A DNA stretch of 64,000 bases from Takakia lepidozioides (Eukaryota > Plantae > Bryophyta), in assembly GCA_030704615.1 (NCBI GenBank), contig CM060731.1, positions 50,282,001 through 50,346,000 on the forward strand. The letters run 5' to 3'. Under the pieces are notes generated by a model. That model did no database searches, was not told the DNA's origin, and worked only from the letters and a program-made list of their open reading frames with translations. How positions within the stretch are numbered: the stretch's first letter is position 1; each line of letters begins with the position of its first letter. This document shows positions 25,701 through 37,919 of this stretch, piece after piece. The translations under genes and the position numbers were made by a program.

Positions 25701-28700
25701 CTTGCTCTCCAAATTACTGCTGAAACGGAATCACACCTATGTCTTTGTGAGTACCTTTAGATACTGGACATGCTCCCTTGATTGCTCCCACTTTCTTGTC
25801 TCCTTTGTAGTAAGTATTACCTTCTGAGACACAGCCGTCCAAGGGCCCCTTAATGGCCTATGTGTAGAGCTGTATGCTCTATCAATTGCAGGATGAAAAA
25901 TTCTCCTTTCCTTCCAATATCTTCTGAGTAAACCCAACAATCCAGACTAGATGAGCGTCATATCTAAGGTTCACAAACTGGGACAGTCAGAGAAGACTCT
26001 TGCTATCAAAGAGTGAGTGAGTTACAAGTTGTGAATACCTTCTTTGCAGACGGAAATGTGGAATCGCACTGGGCAAGGAAAGGTGAGGTAACAATGAATT
26101 AAGGTGTTTGTGTGTGTGCAGATGGTAGATGGCTGGGGAGCTGGAGGTCCCTTTGATTTCAATCTTACTGTGCCTGCAGGTAAGGGACACATGGATCCAG
26201 TTGCGGTTTAGTCCCCCTTTCTGATCTCTTCAAGCAAGGCTATGGGCAGCGTGGCAGGTTGACAGAACTTGAGAGTGGTCTTCTCTCTAGTGAACAAGAC
26301 CTCAAGCAGTTCCTGACAGTCTGAAGCTAGAGTGCATTTATTAAACCATCAATGTCCGAATCCCAGCTGAACTAGATAATGTCACGATCTGCTCAGGGAC
26401 TCAAGTATTGGACTAGGCATGGCATTGCACTTTTCTAGGGTGTAAGCTGGTCCCAAGAAGTGTTCAAGTTAGCGCCTTGTAAGCAGGCAAAGCATGAGAG
26501 TTGGAAAAAGACCCATGGTGAGGGAAGAAACTATCTTTTAGTGTAAGTAAATACAAAAGGATACAAGGCAGGGCTCTGAGGATAACATATAGGTAGAGAG
26601 TCTCAGAGGAACGTTTTATGTAGAGGATGGAAGAAACCCTTGATCGTTGATTTTGGATCTGAGTGTGCAGCAACTGCAACAACAAATAGTGCCACCACGC
26701 GAGCACTCTCAGTTCAATCGCCAGCAATCACAAACTCTGACCAGGATGGATGCACACAATGGATTGGGAAAACATGTGTAGAAAAGCCACCAACGGCGCC
26801 CTGGCAGGACACCTACTTTTGGAGTGCTGCGTCTTGGAGCCCTTGTAACCATGTGTGTGCTGGTGGAATTCAGGTCTGCTTTCCTGCAACTCTGCTTTGT
26901 CTTCTTTGACCTTCCTTCTTAGTCTATCCCACCTCCTCTCCGATTTAAGAGGATGAAGCGTTGCCTAGCAAGGGACAAAGACATGGAAGACACAGTGAGG
27001 GCCTTCCTAACCCACTTTGGTGTACTGCACCACATTCTTGCACACTCTAACTGTTGACTGAAAAAGAGGTCATCTGAGGTTGCTCGCACTTTTGCGTAAG
27101 TCTTGAGGGCAGCCTTTCATTGCTAGCAGATTGCCGCTACATTGATTCTTTGTAATTACGAGCTCTGTCACTTAGTCAAAATCCAAGGGATTCACTATCA
27201 AAGAAGTGGCATATAGTTATGTGTACCGTCCATATGAATCCGCAGAGGGATGGCATGGACAAAAGAGACAGGCAGGCAGGAAAGGGAGTTTTAACCAGGT
27301 GCAAGGGGAGGGCAGCATGCAGTGATCAAATGCTACATGGGAAACTTTTTGGAAGCTCCTGAATTGAACTGTGCTCACCTTCCCCTGCCCCAAGCCACAC
27401 GGGTAAGTCCTCCCCTGTTCATTTACCTGTTATCTCTCCCTAAAAGCAATCCAAGGCCTCTCACATTTTCCCAGTCAGCAGATTAGTCAGACATCTTTAT
27501 GTAGGCCCCAAATCTCTTCAAGAATAATTCCTATGAGAAACACAGATTCCCTTGGCTATGAAGGAGTAAGCCTTCTTTTCAACTCAAAGAACTAACTTAC
27601 GGAAAGATCTAGGAAGCTCAGCTAAACCTACACCAGTTTGGCAAGGGAGAAGCTTCCCAAATGTGTGCACATTGTTGAAGATAATTGTACTTCTGATACA
27701 GTGCCATGGTGTTCTGAGCACTTGTATCCAATTGAAGAGAAGGCACTCTTATCTGCGGTAGAGCAGTTAATTGGTGGACTAATGAGATTAAACTCAAGAT
27801 AGCTGAGAGACGAGCCCTCTATAAAGAGTGTGAATAAGCAATTCCTCCGACCAAAATCCTCATTTAGGACTGGATACATAATGGTGATCTATCATACAAA
27901 CAGAGGTCACATTGTTGCAGGTGTTCATTTTCACATGAACATTTTGCTAAGGTCATCCAAACATTTGAAAATATGGAAAAGCAGGCCTGCATGGATACTG
28001 GATCAGAAGGTGACACCTGACTCTGATTGGTTGGTGCAGAGCTGCAATATGGTGGCATGCAGGTCCTATTCTGTGTATGAGGGATATTGGAGTGAGTGCA
28101 ACCAAACCTGTGGCTCAGGCATCCAGAGGCGGTACAAGCCTGTACTTCGAGCTCTGAGTGCCTATTGGCATGTGTGTCATGACTCAAGGAAATAGGTCCT
28201 AAGAGCTTGCAACACAAACTTGAATTGTAACTCACTGTAGTAATGCTGGACACTTGACATTATGGATATCTTGTCCATAATAACTTAAGACCCTTGTTCA
28301 TGTACTTCATATTGACATTGCTCTGGCATTGATTATCTTTTTTCTGTGCAAGGTATTTGGCCCGCTTAGCTAAACCAGAGGATTAACACTTCCCTTGAGC
28401 AGTACGCAAGTCTAAATCCAATGTATAAACACCGTTCCAATACGTTGGGGATAATTCGTTGATTGACAGAGAGGTGACTTGCATGGATAATTTGGGCAAC
28501 ACGGCTAGCCCTGAAAGTTGTGAGGATCAGCAATACTTTGTGACTGAGAGAGAGTGCAACACTCACGTCTGCAATGCCACCTACTGGGAGGTCCCCAAAT
28601 GGAACTACTGCAACGTTCCATGTTCGGGCGGCAAGCGGTTCCGAGATATTATCTGCCAGTCCAATGGTACTGTTGTTGGTGACGATGTCTGCTCCAGCGT

Positions 28701-31700
28701 CAATGCCCCTGACAATGAGCAGCTCTGCAATAGCCAAGTACAGCTGCCCCTGAGGCCACTCAGCCCCCTCTTCTTCTACTCCCAGTAGCTTAGGGATTTT
28801 TGCTGTTGGTGGATGGGGGGATGCTCGTCATACATGCAAATAATTGTAGCAAAAGTATACATAATAGCAACCCATAGCCATCCAAATTAGGATGCTGCAT
28901 GTGTGCGTACCACTTCTTGAAGGAATGCAGACAGGTGAAACTCAATAGACATGACTATTCCAGTTACTTCACAGAAAATTTGATGTGTTTCAAGCATGAT
29001 GTCACCCCATTGCAAGACACATACCCAATCACATGGAAAATAAATCGAGAAAAAGAAAGAGTTGCTACACAGGGCACAGTGTATTTGATGAGGATGCCTG
29101 CTTGCAGCCATGTCAGACCTATGCATGGCTAGTGGGGCCATGGAATGATGAGTGCCCAGTCGGATGCAACTCCACCACCACTCGCCATGTCGAGGTACCT
29201 CACCTCACTCCCTCCTTTTCTCATGGCTGCGAGTACAAAGTCCCAGGCAAGGTCATAGATTGAAACTGAGCATACCTTAGATGGGTTTAGATGTGTTCAT
29301 AGAGGTTCGCCATGGAGGCAAGTCTAGCTCTCATCCTCCTGTCTCTCTCTCACACTTGCTTGGCTGATCATAAAGCTTGTGGTGCAACTCAGTGTGTAGA
29401 TGGCTGGGGAGAAGGAGTGGAAGACCAGCATTGTGACATTGGAAGTAAACCAGGAAGTACAATGCAGTGTCAGCGCACTGACGTAGCTTGTGACGACTGC
29501 AGGCACAATAATTGCTCTGGAAATGGAGGGTGTATGGTAATATCGTCATTTCTTTGTTCTACCCTGTCCATGGGCCCTGGATGTTTTAAAGTTTTTTTCA
29601 TTCTTTCTCTCCCTTTCTTTTGCATCTTTGAAGCCCTTGGAAATATATCTCTACACATACTTGTCGTTGAATTGCACAGTGGTTTATTGATCTCCTGTAT
29701 AAATGGAGGTGGCATATAGGCTGGAAGGTGTAAGTGCATTGGTCACTGGGAGGGACGCTACTGTGAGACCCTCAAGATATGTGAAGGCCGGCCCGTGGGA
29801 TACCTTCGCAATGGTAGTGTGGGATGCTGCCCATACGAAGCTATTGACAATGAGCAGCACTGCTGTATCACTGCGAATGCCACCCTGACTAGTGTATGTT
29901 CCATACCCAGCCTGCGTCCATTTAAGTTTCCTTTTCCTGCTTTCGCCTTTCTGGTTGTTGACAGCTTATATCTGGCTCGTGATCTTGGGTCGTCTGAATG
30001 GTGCATATGATGGAGTGAAAATACTAGGAACAGAGGTGACATTCTGAGGCACATGCATTTGATATTGGCAGGATGGCTATTGTTGCGAAGGGGGCTACCT
30101 TGATGCATGTGGTGCTTGCAATGGGACTGCTATGTGAGGCCTCACACCTTTGTTAATCCCCTCCCATCTGGTTGTCTCCTGAAATGATGCAATCATAGCT
30201 TACTCATAGGACCATGTTTGAGTAATGCTGACATCCAAAGTCAGGAGAAAACAAACATTTAGTATAAATTATGAAGGGTGACACAATTGAGATGATACTT
30301 TACAACGTCCTTTAAGCTCAAAGAGCTTATGGGACAAGAGAAAGAATCAAACAAGAAAGAGAGTCCCTCCACAAGCAGCCCAGAAACAATCATTGATCTG
30401 TCTAAGATTCAACGACTCGGGCAGATATGCTGTGAAGCAGTTCTGAGCCTTGTAGCGGAACACCTCTATGAGGGATTGGCTATCTCGGAATAGAAAATAG
30501 TTTCTCCCCGGAGCTCGTAATAGAAAGGACATTGAAAGAAGAGATGTTCTTTGGTTTCAATTTCCTTCCTCTCATCTCTACACAAGTGGGGCACAAGCAG
30601 TCAGCGCGCTGCAGGTTGTCCCCCCTATCTGCAGACTGTGGGAGCCCACCCTGAAGACCAAGAATGTCTTCTGATAGAACTGCAGCTTTTTGTAAGATTG
30701 ACTGTTCCAGGTCCGCCTAACATAAAGTTCCATCACCTCCCGTCTGATGTGTCCGTTGTGGGTGTGCTTGGACGAAATTTCCGGACTTCTGTAATTTGTG
30801 GAAGTAGGGAAGCAACATTGCGGGCTGGAGCTGCCAGCCATTTGGTAGGGCTTGCAACCTTCTCAGGAGATAGTAAGCGGAAGATGGCCTAGACACAATC
30901 AAATTCAGCACGTACAATTGTGATGGTGTTGTACCTCTAGCCCCAAGCATTTCTTGGAGGAAATACGATTGAAAGTGGTTCGAGGTTTCTCTCCCACCGG
31001 GAAACGGGGACCTCTGGGGCCCCGAAACTTGCCGCCATAAGTGGGCAGCAGGGGTGATAACCGAGTCAAATAGCCACTTTTTGGTGGGGGAGTGGCGCGG
31101 ATGGATTTGTTTGCATTTGGCCTGAAGGTGTATAGAGGCAGTCTTTCCTGGTCGATGCAAACTGAAATTTGGGTGCATGGATAACCAGACCAGGTATGGT
31201 ACTCATGACCTCAATCTCTTGCTGGTTGAAGAGGAATATCTGATCAGCATGGCAATCAAAGACCATGGTCTTGGTTTTGCTGAGGTTGACCTGCAGCCCT
31301 TAGGCCTTGGAGAACTCTTCTAGGAGGCGCAGATTGTATTGGCATCCAGGCAGCCCCACTCTAATGAGTTTTTGGCAATGTAGCCCTCCAATGCATCTGT
31401 AGAAATGGTGCTTTATGTAGAGAAAATGCATCTGTAGAGAAAATGAAATGAAACGGTGCCTTATGACGTCCGTGGGAAGCTCATAAGCTTATGGGACAAA
31501 ATGGAAGAAAACATGAGAGAAGAAACAAAAACTTTATAACGTCTGGGTAAAGCTCAAGGAGCTAACTGAAAAGAGAAAATGCATGGACAGAAAAGTGGAG
31601 CCCCAACAACCAGCCACCACAACCATGAATGACAATTTGGAGGTTGTGGAAATGGCAGTTTTTATCCTTGTACTGGAAACTCTCTGTCACGCCATGGCCG

Positions 31701-34700
31701 TCTCTGAAAAGGCAAAAGTAGTGGCCCTGGATATCAAGGTAGAGAAGACAGTGACAGAAGAATTCAGTCTCAATCTCCAGCCTGTCTTGTTAGCGCAAGC
31801 AAGACGAAGGTTTTCAGCATGCTGCAGACTGCCCTCTTCCAGTCTTGATCCTGAGACTACGTGGGTCCACTCTGAAACATCCCAATGCCCCTGAGAACAG
31901 TACTTGGGCTGTAAGATTCTGTTCCAAATAGAAATAGTGAATGGTGTCGCTTATTTCGAGGTCTGCATGACAGTTTTTTCTGTTCTTCTCAGGCTTTGAA
32001 AAGATTTCCAGATGCCTTCGGTTTTGAGGCTGAAGAGAGGTTGCGCCGGCTGAAGAAAGATTCCAAAATTGTGCATACAATTGCTTCAGAAAAAGCTAGG
32101 GGTGTGAGCGCTGGTGGTGGGAGACAGCTAAACAGTTATTAATGGAAAGGTTGTGTTGCGTGAGGGAAGGATGGCAGATCACTAGACTTTCATAGCAAGT
32201 GCTGCAGCACCATCCGAGATGAGAAAGGCATATGCTGCAACAGTGGATTTTTGGATGAATGCCTCATTTGTGATGGCGATAGCACCAGCTGTGCTGCCAA
32301 CATTAGGATCAGCCTCATCTTCAATTCCACCATAGAGATACCTCACAACTCCTCCGCTCAATGGAAGGAGTTCATCCTCTACTTCAGTGGTGATGTAAAT
32401 TTCTAGAACTTCCAACACAACTCCTTTCCTCTTCCACTGCGTCCCAGGGGCCTCAAGGATGCAATTTATTTCTTAGTTATGATGGATACCATTTAATTTC
32501 TCGCTCTTCTCTCTCACCCTTTCTTAGTTTCTTGTCCTTGGACAACCAGCATGTAGCCCAGTGGTAATGGGCACATACCACGTTGGATGTGGTTGTGGGT
32601 TCAAACCACGGTCTGGTGTGTCATTAAGGTGTCCACCTTTCAGCTGGAAGGCAGTAGCCCTTGTGGTGAAGAGACACCATAATTTATGCTTCCTTCTTGC
32701 GAGCAATAGTTTTATGTTTGGCTCTGGTTTTGTTTCCTCTCTCATGTTTTTTTCCCATTTTGTCCCATAAGCTCTATGAGCTTTCCGCAGATGTTATAAA
32801 GTACCATTTCATCTCATTCTTGCCCCATAAGCTCTTTCAGCTTTCCGCGGACATATAAAATTTCATTTCTTTTCATTTCTCTTGCTTTTGGGCTGCTTGT
32901 GGGTTTAGCTGTTTTTTGGCTCTGGTTTTGTTTCCTCTCTCATGTTTTTTCCATTTTGTCCCATAAGCTCTTTTGAGCTTTCCGTGGACGTTATAAAGTA
33001 CCATTTCGTTTCATTTCTCTCATTCTTGTTTCTTTCTCTCACTGAATCTTCCATTATGAGGATCAGAAATGCTTGGCAGCTTTTCTGCACAAAGCTTTGA
33101 CCCTAGACAATCCCTTGAGCAGTAGTTGCTTTTGGGTTGCTTCTGGCTTCTCTCCGTGTCTTTTATTCTTTCTTGTTTCTTGCTTTCCTTTTGTTCCATA
33201 AGCTCTTTGAGCTTTCTGCGGACGTTATAAAGTTCCATTTCATTTCATTTCATTTCGCTTGTCCCATAAGCTCCTTGATCTTTCTGCGGACATTTTAAGT
33301 ACCACTTCATTTCATTTCTCTTTCTGTCCTTTGGAGCTGTTCCTATTACATGTCTCTTGGGCCCTTTGGGTTTCCTGCACCCGTAATTATTTCATTCTTT
33401 CTTTCCTTCTCAGATCAGTGATTTCTTGCAGCTTACCTGCATCGGAGCCTCCGGCTTCTGGACTAGTGAACAGCAGTCTAGCCAGTAGCTTTAGTGGCCT
33501 GGTGGAGCAGGTTGCTCTTGTTTCTTTGTTTGCCCATATGCTTTTGAAGCTTTTGGGAAGTTGCCTTCTCTAAATTAGCCAGTAGCTTTAGTGGCCTAGT
33601 GGAGCAGGTTGTTCTTTGTTTCTTTGTTTGGCCATATGCTTTCAAAGCTTTTGCGGAGTTGCCTTCTCTAGATGGCTGTCATAATTGTCCTTTTTGTACA
33701 TAATAAATTGTTGTCGCCTGCCTCTTTTAGAACCCATATATTACTTCATCACATCTGCTCTCCTCCATACCTCTTTAAATCCCACTGTTGAAGTGCAGGT
33801 GGGTGACAAGCTGGGGGTGTCACCAGAGGCCTTACTTCTTACAGCAGTGCAACTGTCAGACACTTACATAGGCAACTGTGGAGATGCTTTGGACCGTGAA
33901 GAGGGCTGTCTTGTGGATGGAATTCCGGCAGTCACTGGCATCTTCAACTTCACTGTGCTCCCTATCCCTGGGGTAACATTGAAGTCCCAAATATGATTCA
34001 TGTTCGTCTGGCTTTGTGACCAATAGGCATGTCATGCCACGGCAGCAAGCATGTGGTCACCGTTACATGACCTTCAATTTTCTATAACATGGACGAACTT
34101 CATAACATTTTGAGCTTGAGGCCACATAGTGCATGTTCTGAGAAGATACAATGTTACTTATCCAGCTCATCAACACAAGCTAATGTCCTTGCATGTCTGG
34201 CACAGGGACAACTACAAGACATGAGCATCAAGAAACATGAGATTGCCGAACAACTTTCCTCATTGGGTGATCAAGAGGAGGTTTGTCTCCCCTTTGTAGA
34301 TGACAAATGGATGATTTACACAAACACACAGTTTTGGGATAAACTGAAGTATAGGTCACTCACCACTCTAGCAATATCAAAAAGCACTTGCCATTGTGGG
34401 GGGATCATTGCCACTGCATGTGTTACACAATCCTATGTGCTCATCTAATACTTAACTTGATGTCTAAAGTGATTTATGAACTATTGAACTCACCATCAAA
34501 GCAGAATTCCAATGTTGTTAGCCTGATCCTGGCTTCCCTTCGCACAGGCATTCTAGAGAAAAGCAAAGCACACTCGAGTAGACTTGCAAACAGGTGTGGC
34601 AGAGAACTGATCCCACGGAAATGGTGAACCTTAGGCCTGGGACAACCTGCACTAATTTGAGAAATCGCTGTGGTGCAGGGTTTCGTGGTCAACACGTCAG

Positions 34701-36803
34701 TACATGCCGAAAGAGCTGGCATCTGTGGGAATGGCATGTGTGAGCAAGGAGAGCGATGTGATCAAATGGGGAAGAGTGCGACTAAAATGGAAAGTAGCAG
34801 TTGCTGTTTGAAAGACTGCCCGTTTGTATCGCACACTTGTCCCATCCCACCTAACGGCCCACGTGCCAGCAGGTCATGTGCTGGCAATGGTTTGTGTCTA
34901 GATGCAAGTGGCCAATGCAGCTGCTTCCTAGGTGCCCAGCTTATCCTCAGTACTAGCATCTAGGATTACTATTCTTCTAAAGACTACACTATTAATGCAT
35001 TGAGGGGGACAATAGGTCGTGCATATTTCCCACACAGAAAGCATGCCCAAAGAGTGCAAGTTGCTGAACAGTATGGACCGACCAAACTACCACAAGTGTC
35101 TCATCACTTCTGTTCACCGTTCAAGCATGCAGAATTAGAGAGGGTCACAACTTCCTTTTAACTATTAGAAACAACAGTACTCTTCAGCTTGTACATTAGA
35201 AGAGTCAGTAACCAAAGTTGGCCAGGTCTAATGAGTGCCTGAGGGAGGAAGGGAGAGGGGTATGGCTGTGTGACCGAACAGAGTGAAGGGTCCACAGGAT
35301 ACAGGGGCATCGATTGTCAGCAGTGCACATTTGGGTGGAAATCCTCAACTAATGGGAGCTGCATCAAATTGGCCAATGATGTGGAGTACGCAAAGATGGG
35401 CTTGTCAGCACTGCCTGACATGTCCTGGAAGGATGACCGAGACTCAGAGGGCTTCTCCAGAATTGCAGGCCTGGCCCTTGCAGCTGTAACAGGATGTGGG
35501 GTCCTTCTATGTGTTGTGACCTTTCTCTACATGCACTATTGGAATCCGCAGGAAGTCATCAGAAGCTGCCTATACAGAGAGCCCAGTCAAAGAGAACACT
35601 CTCAAGGTATGTCCAACATTAGAAGCTTCAATATTCACTCGTCTCACAGTCTACGTAGAACACCCAGTACAATCAATCACATATAATCATGTGCATAGAA
35701 GGAGCACATGATACGTTTTGTGGCTGCTCGGACAGGCCTCCTAATCAGCCCATCAAATTCATGGTCCTTTACTTTTGAGTTCACTGAAACGTACAAATAC
35801 AAGACTTAAATCAAGAAGTGTATTGCTTTTGCAATTGAGGATTTCATTTGTCAACGTGCTCTGTGCATTGTACACATGGTGGTGTGCAGATGAAGTTGAG
35901 CACCAAGATGAGAGGCTGAGTAGTGCGGGTAAGTCGCACAGCCAGGAGCCAGCAGAGGCAACAGCAGCCAAGCATGGCCAAAGATCTTTGCTGGAGGCAA
36001 GCACAAGTACTCAGAAACAAAGCAGCCACAGACAAGAAACTGATGCGCCACGTACTGCAGTGCTGCCTGACTGTGCAACTGGATGGCGCAAATCCCTTCT
36101 TCTTGGGCAAGAGGGTGGTATTACAGGTTGGCGAAAGTCGTTAGTTGGGAAACAGCAAGTGGAATATGGCTTACTAGAAGATGCAACTCATGATGGTGTA
36201 CAGTCAGTGCAGAAGCCCAAGCCTGCGCACGATGATGTTTGGTCCTCCTCACCAACCACCCCTCCCTCGAACTGGCTAACCTCTTTTGCAGAAGATACTG
36301 AAGGCATTCCTCTTAAGCCACTACATACCTCTCCACCACAAGATACACGGCTCATTCTGCAAACAGCAGACACTCGATCCCAACCACAAACCACCAGCTC
36401 CCATTTGCAAGAGGTTTGGTCTCAACCCCAGCCATCATCTTCACGACAAGATCTTTGGTCGTCCCATGAGCCACATTCTACAGCTACACCACATGGGACT
36501 CACTCATTTCCTCTACGTCTCATCCCTCCGCCACAGGCTCACATGAGCTCCTCTTCACAACGTCCCATCTCGATACTTGGACCACCCACCCCTAGGGTCT
36601 TATCACCTCCTCCGTCTTTGCAAACTGATATGCGGGCTAGATCAAACCCTTTGTCTTCATCTCCTTTGCAATATCCAGCTGAATCTCAAGTCCGACCCGC
36701 CACTGAATCTCTTTGGCCACGCCACCATGAGCCTTCCTCTCCTCCCTTAACTACCACACCCTCCTCCCCTCCATCTCTGTCCGAGATGTCTGATTTGATG
36801 TAG
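19790..36803 (+). CDS. Type I membrane proteinase-K-like S8 serine protease with PPC-like, TSP1, EGF and Cys-rich modules (~1710 aa, 27 exons)
   Basis: Exons: 19790-19995, 20958-21062, 21227-21482, 21861-22011, 22494-22723, 22905-23051, 23231-23314, 23678-23957, 24163-24252, 24524-24622, 24807-24994, 25567-25746, 26122-26179, 26671-26873, 27316-27402, 28040-28131, 28470-28737, 29108-29194, 29393-29536, 29720-29893, 30072-30133, 32178-32394, 33799-33972, 34206-34280, 34679-34931, 35298-35606, 35890-36803. All GT-AG and phase-compatible, total 5133 nt. Motifs WGLDRID, VLDTG, DCNGHGTHCAG, AAGN, SGTSMACPHVAG. TSP1-type WSPC/WSEC repeats. TM IAGLALAAVTGCGVLLCVVTFLYM. Confidence 0.85.
20420..20720 (+). 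mobile_element. LINE family A 3' fragment in intron 1 of the protease gene
   Basis: EEHFFFHSSLYFEILGRFFCLF plus the same stem-loop and CATTT tail. Confidence 0.7.
30290..31350 (-). mobile_element. LINE family A RT C-terminal fragment (intronic)
   Basis: LQVNLSKTKTMVF and KWLFDSVITP, with the family-A 3' stem-loop at ~30305-30340 on the minus strand. Confidence 0.75.
31440..32090 (-). mobile_element. Second degenerate LINE family A fragment (intronic)
   Basis: FRVDPRSLRIKTGR and ETEFFCHCLLYLDIQGHYFCLF, with two 3'-end stem-loops at 31441-31565. Confidence 0.65.
32540..32705 (+). mobile_element. tRNA-derived SINE copy
   Basis: A box TAGCCCAGTGG and B box GGTTCAAACC. Highly similar to the 63487 copy. 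Confidence 0.8.
32710..33670 (+). repeat. Tandem array of LINE family A 3' ends
   Basis: cccataagctc...agcttt units at ~32762, 32822, 32958, 33193 and 33261, plus a ~97-bp duplicated degenerate pair at 33479/33576. Confidence 0.8.
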
Positions 36804-37434
36804 TATATCCGTTTTGCAATGAGCATTCAAATGCAATCTTGTTACATTTTGGAGAAATCTTTACTGTACAAAGGTTTTGAAGTTCTTTCCTGAACACTTG
36901 GATACATCATCATTGTGTGTGAAAAACAGAAATAAGTGAAGTTTTTCATCTCAATTCTTGCTGCAAGTTCTATCATCCTGGCATTTTTGGACAGTCGTCT
37001 CAACAGACAGATTTGGTCAGGATCAGAACATTGCAGATTGTTGGACCACTTTTAATCTCTCTCTGGGTATGAAGACTTGGAGGGTTGTAATACTACATGT
37101 CTGCAACCTTGAATTATCAGTATCAAGTACTTTGTATCTGAATGCAGATGAGTTTTGTGAGCATCTTCTGGTGGATCATTTTTGTTAATAAGTATCATAC
37201 ATGGGTGGGAAGCACTCAGTTCAGTAATATGAAGAATCAATTCAATCAGCTTCAATGTGCTCACCAGGATTCCAAGACTTGTAGCACAAACAGAATCTTA
37301 CAATCAGGGTTGAAGAAAAATGGAGACATATGGAAAAGAATAGGAATAATGTAAGAACTTCATCCACACGTGTGGTCTTACAATATTTTCTCTGGATTCA
37401 AGGCATTTATTTTGATTTTCATGCCTCCCCAAGT

Positions 37435-37548
37435 CCGATCTCTCAGGTGGGAAGGTGGACATCTTTGTGGCACTGATCAGTGGATTGAAACCACAACCAC
37501 TTCTGAGGTAGTATGTGCCCATTACCACTGGGCTACAACTTGGCCTGA
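37435..37548 (-). mobile_element. tRNA-derived SINE copy (diverged)
   Basis: Reverse complement contains tgtagcccagtggtaatgggcaca...gtggttgtggtttcaatccac...gtccacctt. Confidence 0.75.
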
Positions 37549-37919
37549 TTTCATCAACTGTGCCGCTGCAACTGCTGCATTCAGTTGACCATCTACCCAG
37601 AGAGCTACGTATTGAGTGTAAAATCCCTAATTGTGTTTCCACATTTGAAATCATTCACGGAAACTTCATGGCATTTGAGGTTTTTGTAATGTCTATCGAC
37701 AAATTAATACTATTAGGGATAACCGCAATAGAGGTTCTCATGAGCATTCTTAAGCTATAACAATGTTTGTCCAAATTTTTCACCACAATTGCGTTGACAT
37801 AATACTTCATTGCATACATGTTGGCAGCTGGGCTTATTGAAATTTCAGTTGAGGTTTCCCTACGCATGCAACACTTAAATTCTTTGCAACATATAGTCTA
37901 GTGAATAGCATGGTCGACG

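Noticed and set aside
32182-32418. Protein-like minus-strand ORF suggesting a nested gene
   Set aside because: It is the antisense shadow of protease exon 22 (KCCSTIRDEKGICCNSGFLDEC...).
32550-32615. tRNA gene
   Set aside because: No convincing cloverleaf. The shared downstream body and the TSD at another copy indicate a SINE.
32710-33320. CRISPR-like or hammerhead-ribozyme array
   Set aside because: Eukaryotic context, irregular non-unique spacers and no CUGANGA/GAAA core. The units are LINE 3' ends.
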